Source: Macrostomum lignano (lineage: Eukaryota). Taken from it: a stretch of 64,000 nucleotides of DNA. The stretch's first letter is position 1; each line of letters opens with the position of its first letter. The notes below the pieces were generated by a model. The model had not been told where the DNA came from. It did no database searches and saw nothing but the letters and a program-made list of their open reading frames with translations. The translations under genes were made by a program, and so were the position numbers. Where the stretch lies: the NCBI GenBank assembly GCA_002269645.1, contig NIVC01000297.1, positions 431,178-495,177 of the forward strand. Direction: 5' to 3'. Positions 11,940-24,620 of the stretch are shown piece by piece.

Positions 11940-13000
11940 CTAATATGCAAATGTCCACGCCTGTCCATGTCATGTCTCCCCCGTCTACTCTTATATTGCA
12001 ATAATATCTACTTTTTCTAATCCCCATTGTCTACTCTTCTTAATCTCCCTTGTCTACTCTTCTAAACTTTATTGTCTAGTTCCGCATCTTCCTAGTCTGC
12101 TGCTCCTCTCTCCCTTCCTCTCAACCTCCGCGACTCCACTCTCTTACTTCAGTCTAAATACGAAGTGAGACAATTAAATTAAAAAGCATCATATTTTCGG
12201 TGATGGTGCGTAAAGATGTTTAGATATCACGATACTGTTTTAAACTCTTTAGGAAGCCTGCCTCTGTCAATAAACGTTGCCTATAAGATTTGTCTGTACA
12301 ATATACTAAGGTGAATCGATAGGGTGACGCAGAAATGAACAAAAGTGCTTGCTGTACTTTTATATAGTGTACAAAGCACACAGAGTGCAGTTGAACAAAC
12401 CCAAAGAGCTTGCATTGGAATACAAAGTAAATATAGTTTGCTAAAATTCGCCTAATATGACTTCAGTTTTATCGCTTTCAAGAAACATTCGCGGCACATA
12501 CTACTTATATTAATTCTATGAAAACGGCCAACTGTGAGTGGTTGTTGCTCTAATTCTTAATTTACTCAGTTTGATCAATCAAATTAAACTACAAACGACC
12601 TATATTATTTTAAACAACATTAATTAAAATAAAATTGACGAAAGATCCGTGATATGATGACACTCTGGCTTTGAGGATACTGTTGATCGATGAATGAGAT
12701 GATTACATCAACTGCAGAGCTAATCACCGAACTAATCTATGACACATTTATTAGCCATTGTTTATAAGAAATTTCCTACAATAACGAACAGGGCGCTTAT
12801 TTAGGAAACTAAAAATAAGAAATCAGAGTTCAGTTTTAAGGAAAAGCAAGGGCCAACCAACTGTTCTGCAGACAACGACAATTTCTTTTAAAATTTAATT
12901 TCAAGAAGCTAACTGAACGGGTTTCAGGATAGATGGTGGTTTGATTTATTTGATGGCAAGAGACTGCCCTTGACCAAATAATTCAATTAGAATTTTGCGA

Positions 13001-13029
13001 CTGTCTGTCTGCCTGTCTGTCTTTCTGCA

Positions 13030-13076
<47 letters not shown>

Positions 13077-13097
13077 CTGTCTGTCTGTCTTTCTGCT

Positions 13098-13128
<31 letters not shown>

Positions 13129-13226
13129 CTGTCTGCCTGTCTGTCTGTCTGTCTGCCTGCCTGTCTGTCTGTCTGTCTGTCTGTCTTTAGTGTCTGTCTG
13201 TATGTCTGTCTGCCTGCCTGTCTGCC
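13001..13226. repeat. (TCTG)n microsatellite
   Basis: Direct reading. Confidence 0.95.
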
Positions 13227-13837
13227 TAACTGTGTCCATAATGTATTCACACAAAAAGCCAGCTTCTATAGCTAATTAGACAGAACAGCTAATGCTAAAT
13301 CTGCCCACATGTGTACGCGCAGTAGGAGACGCCACAAAGTATTGGGAAGAAGTGCGAACAGATTTTTATAGGTTAAAAATTGCCCAACACATCTTGGCGC
13401 AAGTCTGTTTATAATTGAACAGTTATTTAAGCTACTGTAAGTAGTTATTCTAAACAATTGGCGGTATTCAAGTTAATAAAACATATAGGCCTCACAGACA
13501 CAGTCAGGGAACTGAGGCACAGACAGATGCTGGCCACATAAGCTACGATTCTGTAAATTGTGAAGGGCAATACAAAAGTAAAATAGTTTTACCTTTAGAA
13601 CTATTTTACTAGCAGAGAAAATCTATTTAAATTCCAAGGCCAGCGAGGGCCGGGGGAATCATACGAGTAGGTAGTGCGCATTTTGTTTACTGCTAGTAGT
13701 AGCATAGGAAATAAACAATATAATATAATGTAGTATTGAAAAGTCGATATATACTACTGATAGAATGCAAGCATATAAAATTAGTTATTGAAAAAACGCA
13801 CAAACTATTTCTATAAAAATATGTATATAGAGCTTAC

Positions 13838-13984
13838 CTAATAGAAGAGCAGATCTGACCGACTCTTCACCCTTCTGGACATCATTAGTAGACGCAAAAG
13901 CACCGGATGCCAATAGGTACTTGATAGACAGCCCGTCCAAAATGTTGATCTTGTTGTTGTTGTTGTTGCTGTTGCAGAAGTTGT
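13838..13984 (-). CDS. ank: Ankyrin C-terminal exon (DNFCNSNNNNNKINILDG...ALLL)
   Basis: actag|AC ... G|gtaagc, phase 1-1, open. Confidence 0.55.
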   Translation of the reverse strand, partial: TTSATATTTTTRSTFWTGCLSSTYWHPVLLRLLMMSRRVKSRSDLLFY

Positions 13985-14291
13985 CTAGTATCTAGATCTC
14001 GATATTGATCATCCATCCATCCATCAATCACTCAATCAATCAAAATTCACTCGCATACTGAATTGAAAACATGCATGTGCAAACAAGCCTATTTATAATA
14101 AAGTCAGAAATTTAGAATTTTATTAAAATATTTTTAAGAAAGTACAAACAATTCAGTAGTTAGTGCTTTTAAGATAGCAAGAGGAATATAAAATGTGCTT
14201 TATAAAATTAATAATTTAATGAGAAGACGACACTCTGTGTGATAGCTGCATAATTAATAAGGATTACTTTTATTGATAAAGTCTTTCTCAC

Positions 14292-14321
14292 CATCATCCT
14301 GGGCGCCTTCTTGCTGGTTGT
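14292..14321 (-). CDS. ank: Ankyrin 30-nt microexon (DNQQEGAQDD)
   Basis: ttttaacctccag|AC ... G|gtgaga, phase 1-1. Confidence 0.7.
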
Positions 14322-14364
14322 CTGGAGGTTAAAATTAAAAAATGAACTCTTATTGTAGGCGCCT

Positions 14365-14615
14365 TAGGGATTTTTGGATTTTAAAATCGGGATTTTGGGA
14401 TATTAGTAGGATTGGGATATTTGGGGATTAAGGATTGGGATAATTGGGATTTCGGAATCGGGATATTTAGGATTTCGGGATTGGGATATTTGTTATTTGG
14501 GGATTGGGATATTTGGGATTTCAGAATTGGAATATTTGGGATTTCGGGATTGGGATATTTGGGATTTCAGTATTGGAATACTTGGGATTTCGGGATTGGG
14601 ATATTTATGATTCTG
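14365..14615. repeat. Degenerate GGGAT-rich minisatellite
   Basis: Recurrent gggatttcgggattgggatattt. Confidence 0.8.
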
Positions 14616-14657
14616 ACTAAATAAAAAATAATAACCATTAACACATAAAACTCCTAC

Positions 14658-14855
14658 CAAGATCCTCTCGCTCCTGCTCGTGGCGCTGCAGATCATCCTG
14701 ACGCTCCATGACGCCCTCAGCGAATTGCCTGGCCTCTTCTTTGAGTCGGGACTCGTCGTCGGCGTCGTCCGCTCGTTCGGCGGGTGACGGCGGCGGCGTG
14801 TCGCGCTGTGACGGCGCCGTGTGGCTTACTGGGGCGGCCTGGGGCGTGTCGACTT
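14658..14855 (-). CDS. ank: Ankyrin C-terminal exon (EVDTPQAAP...EREDL)
   Basis: ctcag|AA ... G|gtagga, phase 1-1. Confidence 0.8.
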
Positions 14856-14989
14856 CTGAGCGCGATCGAAGGAGAAAAGGGACAATTATTAGCTGGGGAT
14901 CTTTTACTGTTTGCAACGGTTAGAACAAATTTGTTATGTGCTACTGTTGGCCCGTGACTTGCTGTTTCGAGTGTTTTTTGGATTTTAGA

Positions 14990-16500
14990 ACTGGGGATCA
15001 TTGGGGATTCTAGAATTGGGGATTATTAGGGATTTCAGAATAGGGGATCATTGGGGATTTTAGAATTAGGGATTATTAGGGATTTCAGAATAGGGGATCA
15101 TTGGGGATTCTAGAATTGGGGATTATTAGGGATTTCAGAATAGGGGATCATTGGGGATTCTAGAATTGGGGATTATTAGGGATTTCAGAATAGGGGATCA
15201 TTGGGGATTTTAGAGTAGGGGATCATTGGGGATTCTAGAATAGGGGATCATTGGGGATTCTAGAATAGGGGATCATTGGGGATTCTAGAATTTGGGGATC
15301 GTTGGGGATTCTAGAATTTGGGGATCATTGGGGATTCTAGAATTGGGGATCATTGGGGATTCTAGAATTGGGGATCATTGGGGATTCTAGAATTTGGGAT
15401 CATTGGGGATTCTAGAACTGGGGATCATTGGCGATTCTAGAACTGGGGATCATCTGGGATTCTCGAACTCGGGGGTCATTGGGGATTCTAGAACTGGGGA
15501 TCATTGGCGATTCTAGAACTGGGGATCATCTGGGATTCTCGAACTCGGGGGTCATTGGGGATTCTAGAATTGGGGATCATTGGGGATTCTAGAATTGGGG
15601 ATCATTGGGGATTCTAGAATTGGGGATCATTGGGATTCTAGAATTTGGGATCATTGGGGATTCTAGTATTTGGGATCATTGGGGATTCTAGAACTGGTGA
15701 TGATTGGGATTCTAGAACTGGGGATCATTGGCGATTCTAGAACTGGGGATCATCTGGGATTCTAGAACTGGGGATCATTGGGGATTCTAGAACTGGGGAT
15801 TATTTGGGGTTTCTAGAACTCGGGGTCATTGCAGAACTGGGGATCATTGGGGATTCTAGAACTGGGGATCATTGGGGATTCTAGAACTGGGGATCATTGG
15901 GATTCTAGAACTGGGGATCATTGGCGATTCTAGAACTGGGGATCATCTGGGATTCTCGAACTCGGGGGTCATTGGGGATTCTAGAATTGGGGATCATTGG
16001 GGATTCTCGAACTCGGGGGTCATTGGGGATTCTAGAATTGGGGATCATTGGGGATTCTAGAACTGGGGATCATTGGGGATTCTAGAACTGGGGATCATCT
16101 GGGATTCTCGAACTCGGGGGTCATTGGGGATTCTAGAATTGGGGATCATTGGGGATTCTAGAATTGGGGATCATTGGGGATTCTAGAATTGGGGATCATT
16201 GGGATTCTAGAATTTGGGATCATTGGGGATTCTAGTATTTGGGATCATTGGGGATTCTAGAACTGGTGATGATTGGGATTCTAGAACTGGGGATCATTGG
16301 CGATTCTAGAACTGGGGATCATCTGGGATTCTAGAACTGGGGATCATTGGGGATTCTAGAACTGGGGATTATTTGGGGTTTCTAGAACTCGGGGTCATTG
16401 CAGAACTGGGGATCATTGGGGATTCTAGAACTGGGGATCATTGGGGATTCTAGAACTGGGGATCATTGGGATTCTAGAGTTGGGGATCATTGGAATGCTA
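14990..16500. repeat. 25-bp minisatellite (ggggattctagaattggggatcatt) with a 569-bp higher-order duplication
   Basis: Period 25 (15361/15386); diagnostic variants recur at +569 (15661/16230, 15831/16400). Confidence 0.95.
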
Positions 16501-16959
16501 GATTGGGACCACTGAGATTTAAGATCTAGACAGACAAATGTCATAGTTTAGGTTGTCATTCTTGTCTTAATAAAGCTTTGAAAACTTCATAGTTCACATG
16601 CACTGATCGTATTGTCGAGTTCAAACTTTTGAGCATGCTTTTGAATTTCGAAAGAGTTATTTTTAGCGCATAAAACACGTCATCTTGAACTTCTTCAAGG
16701 ACAGACAAATTAATGTAGATCTCCATATCGATGACCAGCATTCAAAGACTGTTTAATATTGTTGATCTATCAACAATTCCGACAAAAAACACAACATGTT
16801 GGTTAAAACTGACGTGCGACACAACAAACTAGACAAAAAATCTGTTTAATGAGATTAAAAAGTTGGTGCAACAATGCAACACAAGGCTGGGTATAAGAAG
16901 ATAGAACCGTGAAGTCTATGTCAATTTATTGAGTTAGAGTAAGTAAAGTACTGGGTAGA

Positions 16960-17450
16960 GAGAGGGGGCGAGGAAGACAGCAGAGAGTTAGAGAGAGACA
17001 ATAGAGAAGGAGAGGAAGATAGCAGATAGGGGGGGGGCGAGAGAGACAGTAGAGGGTGAGAGGGAGACAGTAGAAAGATGGAGACAGTAAAGAGGGAGAA
17101 AGCAGAGAGGGTGAGAGGGAGACAGCAGAGCGGGTGAGAGGGAGACAGCAGAGCGGGTGAGAGGGAGACAGCAGAGAGGGTGAGAGGGAGACAGCAGAGC
17201 GGGTGAGAGGGAGACAGCAGAGAGGCTGAGAGGGAGACAGCAGAGAGGGTGACAGGGAGACAGCAGAGAGGGTGAGAGGGAGACAGCAGAGAGGCTGAGA
17301 GGGAGACAGCAGAGAGGCTGAGAGGGAGACAGCAGAGAGGCTGAGAGGGAGACAGCAGAGAGGGTGAGAGGGAGACAGCAGAGGCTGAGAGGGAGACAGC
17401 AGAGAGGCTGAGGGAGACATCAGAGAGGTTGAGAGGGAGACAGGTGAGGG
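16960..17450. repeat. 23-bp purine-rich minisatellite
   Basis: gtgagag at 17111, 17134 and 17157. Confidence 0.9.
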
Positions 17451-17684
17451 TGAGATAGTGATAGACACGTCTAAGACGCTACTGTCCTGAAGAGTAGCAA
17501 AATTAGTCCGTTATAACAGAATGAAAAGCGCCAAGGCAATAAACGAAAACTAAAAAAACAAACAAACTGCACAACAGATCAATATCGAACTGAATTACAA
17601 AGAAAATAAAAGCTGAAAGATGCACCGCCCTCAATGTAGCGAGCGAAAGGCGACAATAGCTCTACTACTTATAGTAGTACAAAC

Positions 17685-17816
17685 CTTCGTCACCCTCAGG
17701 CGCCATAGACATGGCAGGCAACGAGTCCAATTTGCCTAGCAACTCTTCAACTGCTGCGGGGTCTTCTACAGCTGGTTCGCGACTAATAGCGGCAATGTCC
17801 TCTTCTTGTACGGCTT
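17685..17816 (-). CDS. ank: Ankyrin C-terminal exon (EAVQEEDIAA...EGDE)
   Basis: caaag|AA ... G|gtttgt, phase 1-1; choice of acceptor is uncertain. Confidence 0.7.
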
Positions 17817-17957
17817 CTTTGTTGTTTGATTGGGGATTATTGGGCAATTCAAGTTGAGAAGGATCCAGTGGAGATTCGAAAACGTTGTTAAATCGACAGG
17901 ACTGGATCAATGCCGAGGATTGTTCTTATCCTCAAAACAGGGTTATATTAGGCATCA

Positions 17958-18640
17958 TTTGGGATTCCAGGTTGGGGATCATGGGATTCCAGATTAGAGA
18001 GCATGGGATTCCAGGTTGGGGATCATGGGATTCTAGATTGGGGATCATGAGATTCCAGGTTGGGGATCATGGGATTCCAGATTAGACAGCATGGGATTCC
18101 AGGTTGGGGATCATGGGATTCTAGATTGGGGATCATGGGATTCCAGATTAGACAGCATGGGATTCCAGGTTGGGGATCATGGGATTCCAGATTGGGGATC
18201 ATGGGATTCCAGATTGGGGATCATGGGATTCCAGATTAGACAGCATGGGATTCCAGGTTGGGGATCATGGGATTCTAGATTGGGGATCATAAGATTCCAG
18301 ATTGGGGATCATGGGATTCCAGATTAGAGAGCATGGGATTCCAGGTTGGGGATCATAGGATTCAAGATTGTGGATCATAGGATTCCAGATTGGGGATCAT
18401 AGGATTCCAGATTGGGGATTATGGGACTTGGTGATCATGGGATTCCAGCTTGGGGATCAGGGGAATTGAAGATCGTAGGATTCCAGATAGGGGATTATGG
18501 GAATTGAAGATCGTAGGATTCCAGATTGGGGATCAGGGGAATTGAAGATCGTAGGATTCCAGATTGGGGATCATGGAAATTGGGGACTCCAAATTTAGGA
18601 TCATGGGAATTGGGGATTAAATATTAGGGATTCCAGATTG
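17958..18640. repeat. 22-bp minisatellite (gggattccagattggggatcat)
   Basis: Period 22 (18181/18203). Confidence 0.9.
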
Positions 18641-18826
18641 AGGATCACGGGGTTACAGACTTGGGATAATCAGGGAGACTGAAAATCAATAAAATTGAGC
18701 TGCACAATTGCTAATTTTATATAAGCTGATATAAAATCGCATCAACTAATTTCATACCTAGTAAAATGAAAACAGAGCGATTAAAAACATTTTGAACGAT
18801 CTATAAATCTACAACACTGGCCTCAC

Positions 18827-19298
18827 CTTGACCCTCCATATCGCTAGCCGGCAGGTGCACCTCCGGCTCCGGGGTCATCGAGTTCATAGAGTCGATCAGG
18901 CTCAGGAAGGCTTCACTCTTGGCCTCGCGCTCTTTGGCCTGTTCGGCCTCGGATTTCGCCGGCGGCGGCGGCCCGTGACGCTCGTCGACGCTCGGCTTGA
19001 CGAAATCGCCGGCACCGGCTTCGTCGTCGGCGACATCTTCTAGGGGAGGCTGGCTGGAACGATTGCTGCCGCTGTGCCGGTCCTCCGCCTCCTGCTTGTC
19101 CAGCAGACTCTTGGCCTGACGCTTCTCGTCTTCGCCGACCACGTATTCGACGTTGCGCATGCATTTCTTGACCACATCGTCTCGGCCGATACGGCGCAGG
19201 GCGCGTTCCATGTCGTTGCCGGTGGCCTCGGGTCCGCGCTCGCGCTGCCACTGGCACAGCACGGCGAATGCCCGGTCGCGATCGTCGCGGAAGTTGAC
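18827..19298 (-). CDS. ank: Ankyrin exon, death domain C-half and start of tail
   Basis: cccag|GTC ... G|gtgagg; LCQWQRERGPEATGNDMERALRRIGRDDVV. Confidence 0.93.
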
Positions 19299-19320
19299 CT
19301 GGGAGAGTTGATAGCGGAGC

Positions 19321-20420
19321 AGGGAATTAGGTTTCAGGTTTTAGTTTGGGTTTAGGAATTAGGTTTAAGGTTTTAGTTTCGGTTTAGGAATTAGGTTTTA
19401 GGTTTTAGTTTTAGTTTGGGTTTAGGAATTAGGTTTCAGGTTTTAGTTTGGGTTTAGGAATTAGGTTTCAGGTCTTATTGCGGGTTTAGGAATTAGGTTT
19501 CAGGTTTTAGTTTGGGTTTAGGAATTAGGTTTCAGGTCTTATTGCGGGTTTAGGAATTAGGTTTCAGGTTTTAGTTTGGGTTTAGGAATTAGGTTTTAGG
19601 TTTTAGTTTGGATTTAGGAATTAGGTTTCAGGTTTTAGTTTGGGTTTAGGAATTAGGTTTCAGGTTTTAGTTTGGGTTTAGGAATTAGGTTTCAGGTTTT
19701 AGTTTGCGTTTAGGAATTAGGTTTCAGGTTTTAGTTTGGGTTTAGGAATTAGGTTTTAGGTTTTAGTTTAGGTTTAGGAATTAGGTTTCAGGTTTTAGTT
19801 TGGGTTTAGGAATTAGGTTTCAGGTCTTATTGCGGGTTTAGGAATTAGGTTTCAGGTTTTAGTTTGGGTTTAGGAATTAGGTTTCAGGTCTTATTGCGGG
19901 TTTAGGAATTAGGTTTCAGGTTTTAGTTTGGGTTTAGGAATTAGGTTTTAGGTTTTAGTTTGGATTTAGGAATTAGGTTTCAGGTTTTAGTTTGGGTTTA
20001 GAAATTAGGTTTTAGGTTTTATTTCGGGTTTAGGAATTAGGTTTCTGGTTTCAGGTTTTAGTTAGGGTTTAGGAATTAGGTTTCAGGTTTTAGTTTGGGT
20101 TTAGAAATTAGGTTTTAGGTTCTATTTCGGGTTTAGGAATTAGGTTTCTGGTTTCAGGTTTTAGTTAGGGTTTAGGAATTAGGTTTCAGGTTTTAGTTTG
20201 GGTTTAGAAATTAGGTTTTAGGTTTTATTTCGGGTTTAGGAATTAGGTTTCTGGTTTCAGGTTTTAGTTAGGGTTTAGGAACTAGGTTTATGTTCTAGGG
20301 TTTAGGAACTAGGTTTCCGTTTCTAAGGTTTAGGAACTAGGTTTACGTTTCTAGGGTTTAGAAACTGGGTTTTAGGGTTTAGTTAGGGTTTAGGAATTAG
20401 GTTTTAGGTTATGGTAATGG
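19321..20420. repeat. 32-bp minisatellite built from telomere-like TTAGG/TTTAGG units
   Basis: Period 32 (19621/19653). Confidence 0.92.
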
Positions 20421-20635
20421 TTATGGTTAGGGTTTAGGTGTCGGTGATAAAAGTATTGCAATTATGGTTTAGTTTAGGCTTAAGTTTGATAGTCGATTCG
20501 ACATGGGAACAAGGGGGAGAGAAAGAGGGGACATTGAGAGGGATAGGGAGAGGGGGTAGAGGGGTAGAAAGAGACAATGGGAGACCTAGGCACTATCTGC
20601 ATCGAACTGTGTATCACAAAGGCCTTAGCATTAAC

Positions 20636-20950
20636 CTTAGCATTGGTGATGTCTGACTGGCCAACCCCCAGCTCCCTAGCCAGCATAGGCCAGTCGGCCC
20701 GGACGCAGTCGGCCAGATCGCGCAAGTCCAACTCGGACCGGGCAATCCTGTCCGTGGTGAAGCTGAGCAGCTCCGGCTGGTCGGCCGCGCTCTTGTCCGG
20801 CTTCGGCGACGAGCCGTCGCTGACGTAATCTGGCAGCTGGACCTCCAGGGTGCAGATCGGCTTCAGCGACGGACTATCAGTCGGTTTAGTAGGGCGGGGA
20901 TCTTTCAGGAAGGCGATCTTGCCGATGGCTGGCTCGTTGGGATCCTTGAT
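20636..20950 (-). CDS. ank: Ankyrin exon, end of UPA and start of death domain (IKDPNEPAIGKIAF...DWPMLARELG...NAK)
   Basis: tgcag|ATC ... AAG|gttaat. Confidence 0.93.
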
Positions 20951-20959
20951 CTGCAGTTG

Positions 20960-21370
20960 AGATTAGATGATACAATGATGAGATCATAGGATAGAATGGT
21001 GTGATTAGATAACACAAGGGTGAGATTAAATAATACAAGAGTGAGATCATATATGTTTTATATGATACAAGGGGTGAGATTAGATGATACAAGGAATGAG
21101 ATTGAATGCCACAAGAGTGAGGTAAATAGATAAAAATGGATGAGATTGGATGATCGTCTTTCCTGAAAGACTAGATGAACGCATGGAATGAAATGGGATA
21201 AAAATTTGTGAGATTTTATTAAAGGCGGTGAGATTAGATGAGCAGGGGTGAGATCACGCAAACAGGAGACTGTATGATACTAGGGGAGATTAGATAAGCG
21301 AGATTTGATAAACAAAGGTGAGATTAGATTAACTAGGGTGACATTAGATAGACAACAATGAGATTAGATA
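20960..21370. repeat. Degenerate gagattagat repeat
   Basis: Recurrent gtgagattagat. Confidence 0.65.
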
Positions 21371-21382
21371 CCAAAGACCCAC

Positions 21383-21571
21383 CTTGACCGGGAAAGCGAG
21401 CCGGTTCTCCTTGAAGGCGCGGAACGGCAGGAACAGCTGGTCGCCATTCTTACTAGTCGGAGTCAGGTTGCCGACGCCTTCAATCCACTGCGGCTTGCTA
21501 TCCAGAACTTCAACTTCGCGCGATTCAGCTTTGCGCTCGAAGCCTTCGTTGCACTCCAGGGTCTTGTCCAC
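21383..21571 (-). CDS. ank: Ankyrin exon, UPA (VDKTLECNEGF...ENRLAFPVK)
   Basis: cgcag|GTG ... AAG|gtgggt. Confidence 0.95.
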
Positions 21572-21644
21572 CTGCGAGTTGGGCCAGGCTTGTTCGGTCT
21601 ATTTTTAAACCTTATCTACAGCGTTTTATAGCTAACGCTATACT

Positions 21645-21850
21645 CACACCTTCACAGCTCCGCGTCTACTCTCACACCTTCACTCTCCGTGTCTACTCTC
21701 ACATCTTTACAGCTCCGCGTCTACTCTTACACTCCCATATCTACTCTCACACTCCCATATCTACTCTCATACCCCGATATCTACTCTCATACCTCCGTAT
21801 CTACTTTCACACTACCCTATATACTCTTACATGTTTATCTACTCTCACTT
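21645..21850. repeat. Degenerate tctactctcacac repeat
   Basis: Direct reading. Confidence 0.65.
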
Positions 21851-22036
21851 GTTATTTACCGTTACAGTTTCGTATCCTTTCTCATGCCTTTAATTGTTTA
21901 TTCTCACACCTTATCCGACTCTCAAACCACTCTACATGCATGTCTCCTTTTTCTATATCTATTATGACTTCCTATGCATTTTATCCACTCTACGCGCAGT
22001 ATACGAGTATACAGTACATATTACAATAACCATTAC

Positions 22037-22555
22037 CTTATCATCGGTGATGCAGAAGCAGCGCAGCTTAGCCTCCTCCTGTTCGGTCCGTTTAGCAAAG
22101 ATTACGAAGCGTCCCATATAGGGCACCAGGAAGGCATCCCTGTAGAGCTTGCCGGCCATATCGGCCGATTCCGTAGTATTCGGACAGTCCATCAGCCAGA
22201 ACCGAGCGCTAACCGTAGTAGTAAACGAGACGCAGTCTTTAACGTAGGACAGAGGCGTTGAACCGGTGATATCTTCCCAGGTGGCCGGCTGTACACCACC
22301 CGTGATGCTGCACAGCAGGCGCAGGGTGGGGCTCTCGCCCGGATTAGTAATTCCCCGAGTAGCCGGCTTGGGCAGCGGGATGGTCAAAGTGATCGGCTTG
22401 TGGAATTTACGCCTACGCGGCTCGATAGTAACCACGGGCGATACGGCTACTCGGTTGCCTAGCAACCGGTTAACCTGTTCGGTGGGCACCGGTAGGGCCT
22501 GAATGCCGACGCGAATCTTCTTAGTTAGTGCGCTTTCCGGGAATACGGCTTGCAC
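22037..22555 (-). CDS. ank: Ankyrin exon, ZU5-C and start of UPA ([20 protein letters not shown]...CITDDK)
   Basis: cccag|GTG ... AAG|gtaatg. Confidence 0.96.
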
Positions 22556-22829
22556 CTGGGATTGGAGCGACGCGAGGGTGGGCGGAGCGCGTTCAGATTG
22601 TGCACTACTGCCTACTGGAGTTTTAAGTAGTAAAGTAGAAATTGTCTACTGTATGCGAGTTTATGCTGAAAAAATCACAGAAAGATTATATCTGTGTGGA
22701 CATCTGGAGATGAATTTGCTAGATATCGAATAGATGTCTACTGTCTCTAGACACCTGTCTTGATGCTTAGCCCTAAGTGCTCAGCATCACTGGATGTTTT
22801 ACTGTCTCTAGAAGCTATAGATGTCAAAA

Positions 22830-23310
22830 TGTTCATCATCTCTAGATGCCTAGATGTCCACCATCACTAGATTCCTAGATGTTCACTATCGCTAGATGCC
22901 TAGATGTCCACCATCACTAGATTCCTAGATGTCCACCATCACTAGATTTCTAGATGTCCACCATCACTAGATGCCTAGATGTCCACCATCTCTAGATGCC
23001 TAGATGTCCACCATCTCTAGATGCCCATATGTCCACCATCTCTAGATGCCTAGATGTCCACCATCTCTAGATGCCTAGATGTCCACCATCTCTAGATTCC
23101 TAGATGTCCACCATCGCTAGATGCCTAGATGTCCACTATCTCTAGATGCCTAGATATCCACTATCTCTAGATGTCCACAATCTCTAGATGCCTATATGTC
23201 CACCATCTCTAGATGCCCATATGTCTACTATCTTTAGATGCCTAGATGTCCACCATCTCTAGATGCCCATATGTCTACTATATCTAGATGCCTAGATGTC
23301 CATTATCTCT
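22830..23310. repeat. 25-bp minisatellite (tctagatgcctagatgtccaccatc)
   Basis: Period 25 (23041/23066). Confidence 0.9.
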
Positions 23311-23542
23311 ACATGTAGATCATGCTTATTGTCTATAGATGGTTGCTCACTGTCTCTAACCTTTAAATACTTAGATGCCTACTATCTTTAGATATCGCCT
23401 AAATGTCCATTATTACTATAATCTGTACACCGTGTTATAACTAAGATTAAAACTACTGTAAGTAGTAAGACAGGACAACCAATTTCCAGGAAACGTATTT
23501 TAAAAAAAGCACGCTAAAGCTAATTTGGAGATGAAACCCCAC

Positions 23543-24077
23543 CTGTCCAATCACAGTAGACGAGATGACGCCACCCTCCGGACCAATCAGAGCGCTCTCC
23601 TGCCGAATCCTAGTAACCAGGGCAAAATACTGCGGAAAGCTGTTAGTTAGAATTCGCACGATTCGTTTCTTGCGCAAATCGTCGTTAGTTGGCATCGAGC
23701 CAAATGCGCCGCCGACAGCGTCGATAACAGACTGTTCGGTGACTTCGACGGTGTGCTCCTTCCAGGTTTCGCCGTTGTCCGAACGCAGTACAACGATTTC
23801 GCGTTCTCGATCGCGCATTGAAGCAAAATGCGGCACCTCGATCAGTACGTTGCTATTGAAAGTAGCGTTGCTAGGGCCCATCTCGATGACGCGACAGGCG
23901 AGGCCTTCGCCGTCGTTGAACTGCGGCGGTCGGGAGACTCGGCCCTGGCGCATCAGCCGGCAAGTGATGCGGGTGGGGGCCGAGGCCGCATTGGGCGGGA
24001 TCACGATGCGCAGGCCGGGGAACCGGCTGCCGTTCATGGCGCCGCCGCGAGCGTCAACCAGGAAGGAGACCAGGAAG
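23543..24077 (-). CDS. ank: Ankyrin exon, ZU5-N (FLVSFLVDARGGAMNGSR...TVIGQ)
   Basis: tttag|C ... CAG|gtgggg; hallmark ZU5 motif. Confidence 0.96.
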
Positions 24078-24229
24078 CTAAAGAGAAACAAACACAAAAC
24101 GTTTTGGATAAATTATTACGGATAAGCGTTAAGTAACTGAATTATAATCGAGTGAGAGATTTTCATTACAGACATGATCGGTGATAGAGAGGGAAGAAGA
24201 TAGATAGTAAAGGTGGAGAAAATGGAGTT

Positions 24230-24620
24230 TTAGAGGGGTTAGAGGGAGGTAAAGGGGGGGTAGATAGGGTGGGCGAAGAGAGGTAGATAGAGGGTAAAGA
24301 GGGGTAGAGGGGTAAATAAAGGTAGATAGGGGCTAAAAAGAGGTAGATAGGGGCTAAAAAGAGGTAGATAGGGGCTAAACAGAGGTAGATAGAGGGTAAA
24401 AAGGGGTAGATAAGAGGTAAAGAGAGGTAGATAAGGGGTAACGAGAAGTAGATAGAGGGGGTGAAGAGAGGTAGTTCGGGGCTAAAGAGAAGTAGATAGG
24501 GAGTAACGAGACGTAGATAAGGGGCTAAAGAGAGGTAGATAGGTAGAGTTAGATAGGGGATGAAGAAAGGTAGATAGGAGGTAGAGAGAGGTAGACAGCG
24601 GGGGTAAAGAGAGGTAGGGA
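24230..24620. repeat. About 21-bp purine-rich minisatellite (agaggtagataggggctaaaa)
   Basis: Period 21 (24321/24342). Confidence 0.8.
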
